Shown in pieces: positions 1 through 12,676 of a stretch of 64,000 nt of DNA. Below the pieces are notes generated by a model, which ran no database searches, was not told the origin of the DNA, and saw only the letters and a list, made by a program, of their open reading frames with translations. This DNA is from Octopus sinensis (lineage: Eukaryota). Position numbers and translations under genes: made by a program. How positions within the stretch are numbered: position 1 is the first letter of the stretch; each line of letters starts with the position of its first letter. Location: assembly GCF_006345805.1 (NCBI RefSeq), contig NC_042997.1:112654001-112718000 (forward strand). Reading direction: 5' to 3'.

Positions 1-165
1 TATAAAGGCAGGTACAGCTGTGTACTTGAGAAGTTTGCTTCAAAACAGTGGTCTTAGGTTCAGTTCTATGGCATGGAACCTTGGGTAAGTGTCATCTATT
101 AAAGCCCAGGCCGACCAATGCCTTGCAAGGGAATTTGATAGATGAAAACTGTGTGGAAGCCCACC

Positions 166-212
<47 letters not shown>

Positions 213-214
<2 letters not shown>

Positions 215-490
215 CTGTAAAATAATATGTGACAATTATTCAATAGCCAAGATAAAACTCTGAGTTTCGGATGCCGAAGTGGAAATCCACAACACCATCT
301 CTTCGGTTATCTGACCATCAGATAACCAAAGAGATGGTGTTGTGGATTTCCACTTCGGCATCCGAAACTCAGAGTTTTATCTTGGCTATTGAATAATTGT
401 CACATATTATTTTACAGATAAATTTCTTCTATTTACATAATATTGAGGTCTCTTTCTTTCTTTTGTTATCTTACCATTTTTACCAATATA
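213..490. mobile_element. Penelope-like-derived short element, inverted pair with hammerhead-like motifs
   Basis: Arms 213-314 and 318-420 (one mismatch, spacer CCA). The right arm continues into the family tail also seen at 49645-49797. Flanked by (TA)n. Confidence 0.7.
250..312 (-). ncRNA. Putative minimal hammerhead ribozyme (C4 variant)
   Basis: AGAUAA-CCGAAGA-GAUG..CAUC-C-GAAA-CUC-A-GAG-UU/UUAUCU. Six-bp stem I, GUU triplet, 1-nt stem III loop. Hand-folded only. Confidence 0.5.
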
Positions 491-869
491 TATATATAAT
501 AAGGATAAGATTGTTAAATTAAAATAAAACAATGATTTTATCAAGTGGTCAGCATGGAAAAAATAACCTTCAAAAGTAATAATTATTAAAATTATAAATT
601 AGAGTATCTACGATATACCACCATGCTGAAAATAGCAGCCACGATCTGACTCTAAAACCACTTTAATTGTCCATATATCAACATGGAGAGAAAACAAAGA
701 GACAAGATATAACTAGTAAAAAATTACTGGATAATTCTAGATCCCGGATTTCTGACTTTGCATTTAGGAATGCTTTGCCTTGTCAGTAGAATACACACAG
801 AAGAGAAACATAAAATACATATATATATATATAAATACAACATACAAATACTTACGTATACCTATATAT

Positions 870-914
870 ATATATATTATATATATATATATATATACAC
901 ACACACATATATAC

Positions 915-946
<32 letters not shown>

Positions 947-998
947 ATATTATATATATACACACACACATATATATATATAATATATATATATATAT

Positions 999-1039
<41 letters not shown>

Positions 1040-1260
1040 TATATATATATACATATATATATATAATATATATATATATATAATATATATATATATATAC
1101 ACACACACAATATATATATACATATATATATAATATATATATATATAATATATATATATAATATATATACACACACACACATATATATATACATATATAT
1201 ATATATTATATATATATATACTATATATATATATATATATGTGTGTGTATGAGTTTGTAT
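870..1260. repeat. Compound (TA)n/(CA)n microsatellite
   Basis: Direct reading; source of the spurious YIYI ORFs. Confidence 0.97.
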
Positions 1261-1699
1261 ATGTGGCTGTGTGGTTAAGAAGTTCACTCCCCACTTAAGC
1301 ATTTTCTGGTTCAGTTCTACTGCTTGGCCCCAGGTCAACTAAAGCCTTGGGAAGATTTGATAGAAACTGAAAGAAGCCTGCTATGTGTGAGTGCTGATAG
1401 ATAATGTATATACACATGTAAGTATGTACAGAAGGAGACCCCCTTCAGTCATGAATGACCATGGGATTGCACCTAGAAAGTTACCCTCTGAGGCACAAGT
1501 CCATGCAAAGTTGTTTGTGGAAGGCCAGCAGTCTCCCATGCATACCAGCCTCCCCTCTCCACACCACCGATGTTAACCAAGGGAAAAGCATGGGCCAATA
1601 TGTATGTGCGTGTGTGTGTATATATATACATGTGTGTGTGTGTATATATATATATACATGTGTGTGTGTGTGCGTGCAAATGTGTAGCTGCACAAGTAC

Positions 1700-1850
1700 C
1701 TTGTCAGTTCTGAAGAAGATGTTTTCTCTGGAGAAATCCAGTAAAGGGTCGATGAACTGAGCTTTGACATTGACATTGATGACCAACTTCTTGCCGCCAT
1801 GCTTGCCAAGTATTGAGTAGCAATGTAATATCTCATTGATATCAGCAGGT
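1700..1850 (-). CDS. HYDIN: HYDIN coding exon 20 (gene continues beyond window start)
   Basis: PADINEILHCYSILGKHGGKKLVINVNVKAQFIDPLLDFSRENIFFRTDK; 151 nt, phase 2 to 0; open donor and no stop. Confidence 0.92.
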
Positions 1851-2537
1851 CTAGGAGTAAATGAGAAAATGTTTTAAGAATACTTACTTCTAGAATGAAA
1901 AGCTTTAAATCAGCTCAAATATAGATTTTCATTCTACAAAACATTATAAAATTAACCTTTATGCAATTAGATTAAACACTTCTGTTGAAATTCACTGTTT
2001 GTTTCAATTAATTTTGAAATGAAGAATTTATTAAAACGACTTTGTTATTAAGCTGATGTTTAGAATATAAATTAGCATGAAATTTCTCTTCACTAAATCC
2101 CACAATGAGCACCATTCCATATTCATGAAACCATGAAGCTGTTATAAATGATTAACATGTTTAATCTCTGCTGTTTCATATGCATAAAATGGCACATATT
2201 TTTTTTTAAAAACTTTTATAATCCATTTGCTTTCTTGAATTTTTAATTTATTTTCTATGCAGGATAAATTGCAAAGTAACCATAATTTTAGTTTCAAAGA
2301 GTGCTCTGGCTCGTAAATTCACTAATTTGAAACAAGCTGCAGTTTTAATAGTATTTAGTCCATTATTTACTCTAAACACATGTAACTAAATCATAATAAA
2401 TCAGCTGTAAATTGGAAACGGTTATTCAAAGTTTGGCAGTTTATATGTGTGCAAAGATGGCAATCTTGCAAACAAAACAACAAATAGCTTTCATGTTATT
2501 ATAAATGAGGAATGAAAATTTCAATGTTCCAACTTAC

Positions 2538-2647
2538 TTTTCCACAAAACCTTTTAAATAGACACCCATACTTTCACCAGGCAATAATTTGAAGCGATGA
2601 GGAATTATTTCAAACACTGATGCTTTAGTTTCTGGGGAAGTAGAAGT
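2538..2647 (-). CDS. HYDIN: HYDIN coding exon 19
   Basis: TSTSPETKASVFEIIPHRFKLLPGESMGVYLKGFVE; 110 nt, phase 0 to 2; donor GTAAGT. Confidence 0.9.
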
Positions 2648-2879
2648 CTGTACAAACACAAAGTAAACCATTATTAACAAATACTAATTACAGAAAAAAA
2701 TATAATTCTTTAAAAAGCTTGTGACAACTGACCGCTGCCAGTGCATGAGACCCCCACACACACACACACTTTAACTAACAACTGGTCGAATACTAGACTC
2801 CCCAACCCTCAACTGAATGCTAGATGGATGAGACCTCTTCTCTACCATCGAGTGATCATACATTCCCTTTCAGGTGCAG

Positions 2880-3740
2880 GAAAAATGTGTCAAGCATTAA
2901 CTCTCCCACTACAATCCTCACAGGTAAAAATAAAATAAATAAACCAAGGCTGCCACCATTAATGTTGATACAATCACAGATAGGCCTGGAATGATTACAG
3001 AGATGCACAGGCAAGTAGATGTGTGCTGTGTGCAAGAAGTAAGATGGAGGAGAGCCTTAGCTAACCTCTTCACAATCAAAGAACAGAGGTCCAAATTCTT
3101 CTGAATAGGTAACAATGCTGGTTTAGGTGGAGTTGGTATTCTGCTGGTTGAAAAATGGATAATGTAATTGAAGTAACAAGAGTGAGAGAATAATTAAGCT
3201 TAGACTCATAAGTCCCAGGACTCATAAGGCCAGAGTTTAACCTGATTTCCATGGTATTTAAGCCACTGAGATTACAACACTCCCCACCCACTGAATGGGA
3301 TGTTGGTCTGTCACAGGGTCAATTTCCTATCTATTGCTGGAACTCAAAGCTGAGTGGATTGGAGCAATGTGAAATGAAATATTTTGCTCAAGAACACAAT
3401 GCACTGCCTGGTTAAGAAATCAAAACCATGGTCCAACAATCTTGAGTACAACACCCTAGCCACTAGGCCAAAGCTGAGATTGCTTATAAAGAAGGTAACG
3501 ATAATGGTTATCTCTGCCTCCACCCCACAATCAGGATTAACCGAGAAGCAAATGTATTACCTCTATGAGGTTCTTTTGCCAACAAATGACAGCAACATTG
3601 TTACCATGGCTAATGACATCAGTGAATATATTGGACAGCATGATGAAAGCTACTCCAGAGTACATGCTGATTGTGGAGATGGTTCTAGAAATGAGAAGAG
3701 ATCAAGGCTTCTGGAGTTTTGCGATGCAAATGAACTAATC
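2880..3740 (+). mobile_element. RTE-type LINE endonuclease remnant interrupted by an antisense SINE (~3200-3470)
   Basis: GGVGILLVEKW..VIEVTRV and VISA..PQSGL...GSRNEKRSRLLEFCDANEL are APE-domain motifs, with frameshifts and stops. Confidence 0.75.
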
Positions 3741-3888
3741 CATTACATTTTGTACATTGTGTTAGACAAATAGAAGAGTGGGGTAGCCAAGTATCTGTTC
3801 TATAGTAAAACAGCTATCTCTATCCCTCCAACCTTCTCCAACCTCTCGCCTGGCACATGACTTCTCTTCAGTTCCACTCTCTCTCTCT

Positions 3889-3920
<32 letters not shown>

Positions 3921-5735
3921 CTCTCAGCTGAGGGTGGGCCTTGTCCTGCAAACTACTTGGTAGCCCTGTGGGTGCTGGTTCCTCATAAAAAGCACCCAGT
4001 ACACTGCGTAAAGTGGTTGATGTTGGGAAGGGCATCTAGCTGTACAAACCATGTCAAATCAAACAATGGGGCCTGATGTGGCTCCCGGCCTTGTCAGCCC
4101 TGACAAATCATCCAACCCATGTCAGCAGGAGGATGATGATGCTGAAGCAAATGTCATTTTCTATAGCCTCAAGTCAACCTATACCTTATAAGTAAAAATG
4201 GGTTGATGAAAACTATATGGAAGCCCACTGGATGAATTGTTCCAGTAATTCACACTATCGTGCTGATTCTACCTGAAAATTAAATTAAAGGTATATATGT
4301 CTGTGGAATATTCAGCCACTTAAAGTGATTTGAATGACCCTTGTAACTTCAGTTGATCAAAAGCCTGAATTCACATCATTAAAACCAATGGAAAACCACC
4401 CATCCAGATCTTTCTTAAAAAAACAAAAAACAGTTTTCTCACAGAAGATATAAAAAGATGCTATCAAACTTCATTGACAAACTTCTATTATAAATAACTT
4501 TGTCATCATCATCATCACTTTTTAACATCCCTTTCTCAGTAATGTCATGAGTTGGACAGTTAGACAGGAGTTGATGAGCCAGAGGACTGTAACTGCTTTG
4601 GTAGGGTTTCTATGGCTGGATGCCTTTCCTAATGCCAACCACTTTACAGTGTATAGTGGGGGCTTTTTTTTGTGGCACCAGCACTAGTGAGGTCGCCAAG
4701 TAAGTTGCAGGACAAAACTCCACTTGTCTGAGGGAGGTGGGAGGCATTTATGAAGTAGATGGCTTTAAGCCAAGTGCTGAGAGGTTAAAACATAGTTAAG
4801 ACCCCCTTCGGTAATGAATGACCATTGGATTACACCTAGAAAGTTCCCCTTCGAGGTACAAGTCTGGGCAAGGCTGTTTATGGAAGACCAGTAGTCGCCC
4901 ATGCATACCAGCCTCTCCTCTTCATGCCACTGATGTTATCCAAGGGAAAGGCAAAGGCTGATACAGCTTGGCACCAGTGACATCGCAACTCATTTCTACA
5001 GATGAGTGAACTGGAGCATGGCTCAGTAGTTACAGCTTCAGAATCACAATCATGATGTAGTGAGTTCAATTCCCAGACTGGGCTGTATATTGCATTCTTG
5101 TGCAAGACACTTTATTTCACATTAAAACATAGTAGAAAGACAGGAACAGGTGTCCTGCTGTTGAGGAGATATGTGGCCATTCCAGTTGGGAAAGACGATA
5201 GATGATGGTAAAGATGTGCTGGAACATGATTTCAAGTTGAAGAAAACAGAATATAAGTGAAAGAGAGGATCAGGCAGGGTGGGTGGGTAGGTAAGTTCAT
5301 AAGAGCATGAAAGGAGAGAGGCAAATGTAAAGTGTGAGAGGAAGAGAGAGAGAGATGCACAGTGCCAGGGACAAGGTCGGAGATACATAGGAATGGAAAC
5401 AGTGATTGATAGAGATAGTTGGCGTTCTCACTGGCAGAATGAGATGGTGTACACATAAAAGGTGGGGGTGAGGGCTGCAAGAAAGAAACATTCACTGGTA
5501 CATAAGGTAGTAGAGAAATTCATCATCATCATTGTTTAACATTCATTTCCCATGTTGGCATGGGTTGGACTGTTTGACTGAGGATTGGCAAGCCAGGAGG
5601 CTGCATCAGGCTCCAATCTTGATCTGGCAGTGTTTCTACAGCTGAATGCCCTTCCTAATGCCAACCACTCCGAGAGTGTAGTGGGTGCTTTTTACAGGCC
5701 ACCGGCAGCTGAAAAAAGAAAGGAAAAACACTAAC

Positions 5736-5892
5736 CTTTACAGAAACTTGTTTCTCGTTTAATTTTGTTAGTTGTGCCTCCTGTTTGCTAAGTTTTGGTA
5801 ATTGTAAGGTGTTTGTTTGGATGACCCAGTTCACCTGTTGCTGGCGCCGACCTTTGTTAGTGAAAACTATTTTTTTTTTTAAAGTTTTGTTA
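5736..5892 (-). CDS. HYDIN: HYDIN coding exon 18
   Basis: NKTLKKKIVFTNKGRRQQQVNWVIQTNTLQLPKLSKQ...; NKGRR motif. 157 nt, phase 2 to 0; contains an A11 run. Confidence 0.92.
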
Positions 5893-7135
5893 CTGAAACA
5901 GAATTATATTTTACTAATTAAAGGAAACTCAATAATAATAAAGTTCATTTACTAAAGAAATATTGTTACAGGTCTGTAAGTCACTCGCATGCAGTTGTTT
6001 GGCCATGCATGCATGCACATGCACACACAAACAAATTGCTCTTTAATCAAGATGAATTAGTCAAAAATTTGCTCATCTCTTACAATCAACATTTAATTCT
6101 TTATTCTTCATTTTGAAAGAATATCATCTGCTTGATACAAATAAAAGCAATCTTGTTTTTTACTATGAAAACAATATATTTTTCTTAAAGAATATGAAGC
6201 AATGTATTTAATACCATTCATAAAAGTAAATTGTGTACTAAAATATTTCATACTTTGGACTTCTACCTGGATTTTCTGCACCTCTCCTATATACACATGG
6301 ATTTCACTGGACTCTTCCATTGATGAAAAATCGCTCCAATACACCCTGACCTCTGAACTCTTTTGAATTTTCTGCTTTTCCCTATTGTTTTTTCTTACTC
6401 TGTTTTTTCTCAATCCATACATTGTTACTTCGTCTCTCTCTCATTCCCTTTCTTTTTTCTTTTCATCTTCGCTTCTTCCTTTTTTCCTCTCCTTGTTTTT
6501 ACTTTTCTTCTCCTCTTGTATTTTTTTTCTCTTCATGTCTTTTGAATTTCGTTTGATCCTCTATACTCCGTACGTCATTTTTTTGCCTTTCTCTCCCTAC
6601 TTTTTTCTCCTTTTTCAATCATGCCTGATTACAGATCTGTCCTCCCCTACCTTCACCACCACCTAAAGATCTCCCCTTCTTCCTAGCTCTCCTGTCTGAC
6701 CATCTCCATCCAGCCATCGCCATGATCGACCGCTAGCCACTAAAGCTTTTTTTATTCTCTCTCTGTTTATTTTCTCATGTTGAAGAACGTAGGCTCGAAA
6801 CGTAAAAGACTTTCTCACCTTCCCAAGCGTTAAACTAATACACCTGTTTGTTGTTTATACACCTGTCTTCGTCTTTTGTAAAATAAATAAATAAATAAAT
6901 AAATCCACCCACCCATTCATCCATCCATCCATCCATACTTACAAGCTGGTATTCGCTTGCTTTCTTCCAAAAATTTACTACCAATTTTGAACAGTCTGAA
7001 ACTGTAATGATGATTGGAAGCCTGACTGATGAAAGAAAGCCACGAATGTTCCGTCCTGCTTTTTTCTATCCATCTTTGTATCATCTGTCTGTATATTTTT
7101 ATTGTTGTCTGTTACATTCTTATTCCAAATTTTGG

Positions 7136-7172
<37 letters not shown>

Positions 7173-7984
7173 GAAGCAGCAAAGGCTAGATAGGCATCTC
7201 CAACTAGCAGGTCATGCTACTCCAGACTGATGATGAGCAAAAACTCAGAAAATAGTGTCTGGCTGCAGGCTTAGCTGGGTGGAGGTGCTTATCTCCCCCT
7301 TGCAAACATAAGGACACAGGAAATGTGTCAAGGCCAACAGGAAGCGTTGCTGCTTCATAGGGCTAAATAGCAGTAGTATTATTCCCTTCATGGGACTGTC
7401 ACATAAAGTGGCAGTATACAACTACTTTATATATATATATACACACACACACATATATATACATACACATATACACATACAAAACAAACACACATATATT
7501 AATATGAAATACATAAAATGCAGTTGATATCTTTAAGCCTTATATAACACACACGTGTTTCCATTAGCTGATTGTCACTATTATGCAAGCTGATAGGCCT
7601 GTTGTATAATATGGCTGGTTTACTTTTTTAGTATTACGAGTATGGCAATAGAATAACTCTGAGTCCCTGCAGTACTCAACATGGACTTACAAAATGCATT
7701 TGGATTATTTACTATTGTACTTGTGGAAGGTAAAAAGCACACCAAAATCTTATGAGAAAGGACAGGAGTGGCGAATGGAATTGTTTACAAAGTCCAAAAT
7801 GTTTGGTGACAGGCTTGCCTGCCAGCATCTTTTAAAATTTCATCCTCCTTTTACTCCTTCTCCTCATTGTTTTAACATCCACTTTTCCACACTTGTATGA
7901 GTTGCATGGGACTTGTTGAGGCAGATTTTTATTTGGTTGGATGCCCTTATATGAGATACCTATTTATCTATCTATCTATCCATG

Positions 7985-8035
<51 letters not shown>

Positions 8036-8350
8036 GCATGTGGCTTAGTGGTTAGTGCATTCGGCTCACGATTGTAAAGTCGTGAGTTCAATTCCTGGCG
8101 ACGCATTCTGTCCTTGAGCAAGACACTTTATTTCACGTTACTCCAGTCCACTCAGCTGGCAAAAATGAGTTGTACCTGTATTTTAAAGGGCCGGCATTGT
8201 CACACTCTTTGTCATGCTGAATCTCCCTGAGAACTACGTTAGGGGTACACGTGTCTGTGGAGTGCTCAGCCACTTGCACATTAATTTCACGAGCAAGCTG
8301 TTCTGTTGATTGTATCAGCTGGGACCCTCATCGTCGTAACTGACGGAGTG

Positions 8351-8352
<2 letters not shown>
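8036..8352 (+). mobile_element. tRNA-derived SINE
   Basis: A box TGGCTTAGTGG, B box GAGTTCAATTCC, core GTCCTTGAGCAAGACACTT. The body is shared with 51500-51872. Confidence 0.85.
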
Positions 8353-8425
<73 letters not shown>

Positions 8426-8571
8426 TGGAGTAAGCACATAAATGTGAAACAAGGTGGAAAAAAGAGTACTCAAATACCAGAGCTAGAGTAATATGCTATA
8501 TTTAAAAGCAGCAGAAATATAACAAATGCTGTTACTCAGAGTTTCACGTTCCCATTCGTTGGACAGTTTTG

Positions 8572-8577
<6 letters not shown>
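8426..8577 (-). mobile_element. Penelope-like short tail with degenerate hammerhead (8529-8566) between (TA)n tracts
   Basis: Minus strand CUGU-CCAACGA-AUG-GGAA-CGU-GAAA-CUC-U-GAG-UA/ACAG. All three stems pair, but the core is degenerate. Confidence 0.55.
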
Positions 8578-8622
<45 letters not shown>

Positions 8623-9887
8623 GTATGTGTGTGTGTATGTGTATATGCCTTAGTTCCTTTTGAAGAATTGAAAAATTCCACCAGTACCAGATTAATTTGT
8701 GGTCTTTTTCCAGCCTTATAATTTAAGGTATAAGGGAGATAACTCTTTTTCCATATTTTTAACCTTTTAACATTTTCTACATGCTTCCTCCTTGACTTTT
8801 CACGTTTCTTCTCTTGTTCAATTTTTAGTTTGTTATGTTATGTGATTTGTGCCTGATGACTGTCCAGAGATGTTACACATGTTATAATAGAATATTTGTC
8901 ATATTCTCAGCACAGGAAACTATTAGTAGTACATAAAGACATGTATTGTGTCTATTAAATGCTATTCATCTCACCAGATGGAGGACTTTTCTGGTGATCT
9001 TATCATCACGGAACAGTACATGATATATATATATATATATAAATAACGTACTGTTTTGTTGTCCCTTTTGTGTATCAACTGTGAATGTTTTGCGTTCTTG
9101 TCTCATTTTTTGTATTCTTTTTTATTTACATATGGCAGCATACGTACACTTTGGTCTCTTATATGTAAGTACATATGTATAAATTTTGTACCACACTCTC
9201 ATTCTTTCTTTCTTTCTTTCTATCAGCCCCTTCACACTTACTTCCTTCTTTCCACTCTTCTTTCTTTCGCTCCCCCTCTCTCACATTTCCTGGCCTTTCC
9301 TTCATTCTCACCTTCCTTCCTCTTTCACTTTACTCTGTCCCTTTTCTTTTTTCTCATCCCTCCCTAATTCTTCTATCCTGCTGTGTCTACCTTTCTCCTC
9401 TCCTTCCACATGACCAGTGTTCGACCAAGCCTGACCTTTCTTTCTTGGTTTGACTACCATCCATGCAACATCTATATTCCTTCCCATGCCTGTCATCTCT
9501 TATGTCCCTGCCATAAGGCTTCACTTTCACACACACACACCAGCTCAATTTAATTCGTCCTTAGTTGAAAGACACCTGTTGTTTGCATTTGTATTTGTGT
9601 AACATTTCTCCGGGGTTTTTTTCCGTCCTTGTTTTCGTACACATTGCTGCTTTCTTCCGAGGAATCTAATGCCCTTAGCTTAGATTTTCCTTGGGGCTGG
9701 CCAGATTGGAGCTGTCTCGAGTATAACCAGCTGAAACTGCAAAGATAATCTGGAAGTCGACTGACAAAAGAAAACTCCAAATGACCTGTCCTTGTTTTTT
9801 CTTGTCCCTTTTTGTATTAATCAACTGTCTGGATGTTTTGCATTCTTGTCCCATTTTTTGTCTTCCTTTATATATATATATATATAC

Positions 9888-11849
9888 TTTCAACAATTGA
9901 GGGTAAATTATTATAATAATTACATTTTTCACCAAGTGTTCAGTATGTAAGGGACCATTATAGGCGAATTCAAAATATTACATTATATATAAGGGCTTAG
10001 TAAAATAAATTACTTTGCCACATACTGAACTCATTAGAAATACAGCTAAAGAAATTTCTTCAGCTATTTCTAATACTTAAAGAAGATCTCTCTCAGATAG
10101 TGTTTGCCTAAACTAACTCACAAAAGTATGGGGGAAAAAACATTAAAAAATCAAGTGCAAAGGTTATTTGAGAACGTACGTTTCTAGATTAGTCAATTCG
10201 ACATTTCTTCTTCAGCTCAGAATTCCTTGAATCGGATTTGGGAACACTTAAAGTCGGGAGCATACCCTTTCGGCTTCTAATCACCTATAGAATTCTGCTC
10301 GAACTAAAAGTGCTATCAAATTCGAATATGCAAGCGAAGCTCTTTCTGCTCTCTTTTCCACCAGCGTGGGTTTAAATTGACAAACACCAAGTATTAACAG
10401 TGAAGACCGCAGAATTTAGCTAAGAGAGATGAATTATAATTTCAACAATTGAGGGTAAAATTATTAATTATTAATCAGTTTCACCAAGTGTTCAGTATGT
10501 AAAGGGACCATTATAGGCGAATTCAAAATATTACATTATATATAAGGGCTTAGTAAAATAAATTACTTTGCCACATACTGACTCATTAGAAATAGCACTA
10601 AAGAAATTTCTTCAGCTATTTCTAATACTTAAGAAGATCTCTCTCAGATAGTGTTTGCCTAAACTAACTCACAAAAGTATGGGGGAAAAAACATTAAAAA
10701 ATCAAGTGCAAAGGTTATTTGAGAACGTACGTTTCTAGATTAGTCAATTCGACATTTCTTTCTTCAGCTCAGAATTCCTTGAATCGGATTTGGGAACACT
10801 TAAAGTCGGGAGCATACCCTTTCGGCTTCTAATCACCTAATCACCTCTCTTAGCTAAATTCTGCGGTCTTCACTGTTAATACTTGGTGTTTGTCAATTTT
10901 AACCCACGCTGGTGGAAAGGGGAGAGCAGAAATTCTTCGCTTGCATATTCGAATTTGATAGCACTTTTAGTTCGAGCAGAATTCTATAGGTGATTAGAAG
11001 CCGAAAGGGTATGCTCCCGACTTTAAGTGTTCCCAAATCCGATTCAAGGAATTCTGAGCTGAAGAAAGAAATGTCGAATTGACTAATCTAGAAACGTACG
11101 TTCTCAAATAACCTTTGCACTTGATTTTTTAATGTTTTTTCCCCCATACTTTTGTGAGTTAGTTTAGGCAAACACTATCTGAGAGAGATCTTCTTTAAGT
11201 ATTAGAAATAGCTGAAGAAATTTCTTTAGCTGCTATTTCTAATGAGTTCAGTATGTGGCAAAGTAATTTATTTTACTAAGCCCTTATATATAATGTAATA
11301 TTTTGAATTCGCCTATAATGGTCCCTTTACATACTGAACACTTGGTGAAACTGATTAATAATTAATTAATTTTACCCTCAATTGTTGAAATTATAATTCA
11401 TCTCTCTTAGCTAAATTCTGCGGTCTTCACTGTTAATACTTGGTGTTTGTCAATTTTAACCCACGCTGGTGGAAAGGGGAGAGCAGAAATTCTTCGCTTG
11501 CATATTCGAATTTGATAGCACTTTTAGTTCGAGCAGAATTCTATAGGTGATTAGAAGCCGAAAGGGTATGCTCCCGACTTTAAGTGTTCCAAATCCGATT
11601 CAAGAATTCTGAGCTGAAGAAAGAAATGTCGAATTGACTAATCTAGAAACGTACGTTCTCAAATAACCTTTGCACTTGATTTTTTAATGTTTTTTCCCCC
11701 CATACTTTTGTGAGTTAGTTTAGGCAAACACTATCTGAGAGAGATCTTCTTTAAGTATTAGAAATACTGAAGAAATTTCTTTAGCTGCTATTTCTAATGA
11801 GTTCAGTATGTGGCAAAGTAATTTATTTTACTAAGCCCTTATATATAAT
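9888..11849. repeat. Inverted tandem array of a ~555 bp hammerhead-containing unit (retrozyme/PLE pseudo-LTR-like)
   Basis: Forward copies at 9888-10439 and 10440-10839; reverse-complement copies at 10845-11401 and 11402-11849. Near-identical, with (TA)n at both ends. Confidence 0.92.
11055..11106 (+). ncRNA. Putative minimal type-I hammerhead ribozyme (also 11610-11661 +, 10169-10219 -, 10720-10771 -)
   Basis: UGAG-CUGAAGA-[stem II]-GAAA-CGUACG-UU/CUCA. Intact CUGANGA and GAAA boxes, palindromic stem III ACGUACGU, 4-bp stem I. The stem II closing pair is non-canonical. Confidence 0.6.
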
Positions 11850-12541
11850 ATATATATATATATATATTATAATATACATATAAATGGAGTTAAACGCAGG
11901 TGTTATTCAAATTCTGTGTTTAACTCCGTTTATTTATTTATATATATTATACAAAATATTTCACATAATCTCGAAGTTTCTACTTTTAAAACAAGGAGTT
12001 ATAACCTTTTTACTTGTGTGATTTTTTGCCATCCAGGTACTCTATTTTTTCCGTGTTAATTTTTAACAAGAGAAAAATACACATACCTATATATATATAT
12101 ATATAATATATATATATATCCTCATCATAATCATCATCATTTAACATCTGTTTTCCATGTTTGCATGGGTTGGATGATTTGACACAAGTTGGCAAGTTGC
12201 AGGGCTGCATCAAGCTTCAATGTCAGCTTATGATATATTTATACCTATATACATGTTATATCTGTATCTATCTATATGTATGTGTCTGTGTGTATTCAAG
12301 TATACTATAATACAATTATAATACAAAATTTATCAAAATATATTGCATTTTCAGATGAAATTTCTTCCAATCGACTTCATTTTGCTAAGTTTCATAACAA
12401 TACCAGTTCGTATTGCCTTCAAGCAGAGTAATGAATTTTATAATAATGAATTATTGTATACAGTGCTCAGGTGCACCACAAGTGTGCTCAGATGCACCAC
12501 AAATCAATTGCTCTAAAGAGTGCTCATTAAAATTTACTTAC

Positions 12542-12676
12542 CTGAAATGTGGGCCAAGGTTTAAGACAGATGACAGTGGTGGGTCAGCTACAATGGTACT
12601 GCCTTCACCAAATGCTTTCAAGATCACAAATCTTTCTGAATTGTCTCCAAATTTAATATTAATTTTGTCTTCAAAA
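12542..12676 (-). CDS. HYDIN: HYDIN coding exon 17
   Basis: FEDKINIKFGDNSERFVILKAFGEGSTIVADPPLSSVLNLGPHF; 135 nt, phase 2 to 2. Confidence 0.95.

Noticed and set aside
48-1338. ORFs rich in YI/CV/HT repeats (also 20608-21033, 35091-35294 and others)
   Set aside because: They are translations of (TA)n, (CA)n, (ATC)n and (CAA)n microsatellites.
5150-5500. Purine-rich tracts (also 22430-22620, 38580-39160, 52620-53030) as genes
   Set aside because: The ORFs are short and low-complexity. They may be very decayed Penelope-like coding remnants, but they are too degraded to call.
7015-7060. CTGATGAAAG motif as a hammerhead (similar at 9765-9790, 6775-6810, 48695-48730)
   Set aside because: The GAAA box or stems I/III could not be formed convincingly. 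At most these are decayed PLE-type tails.
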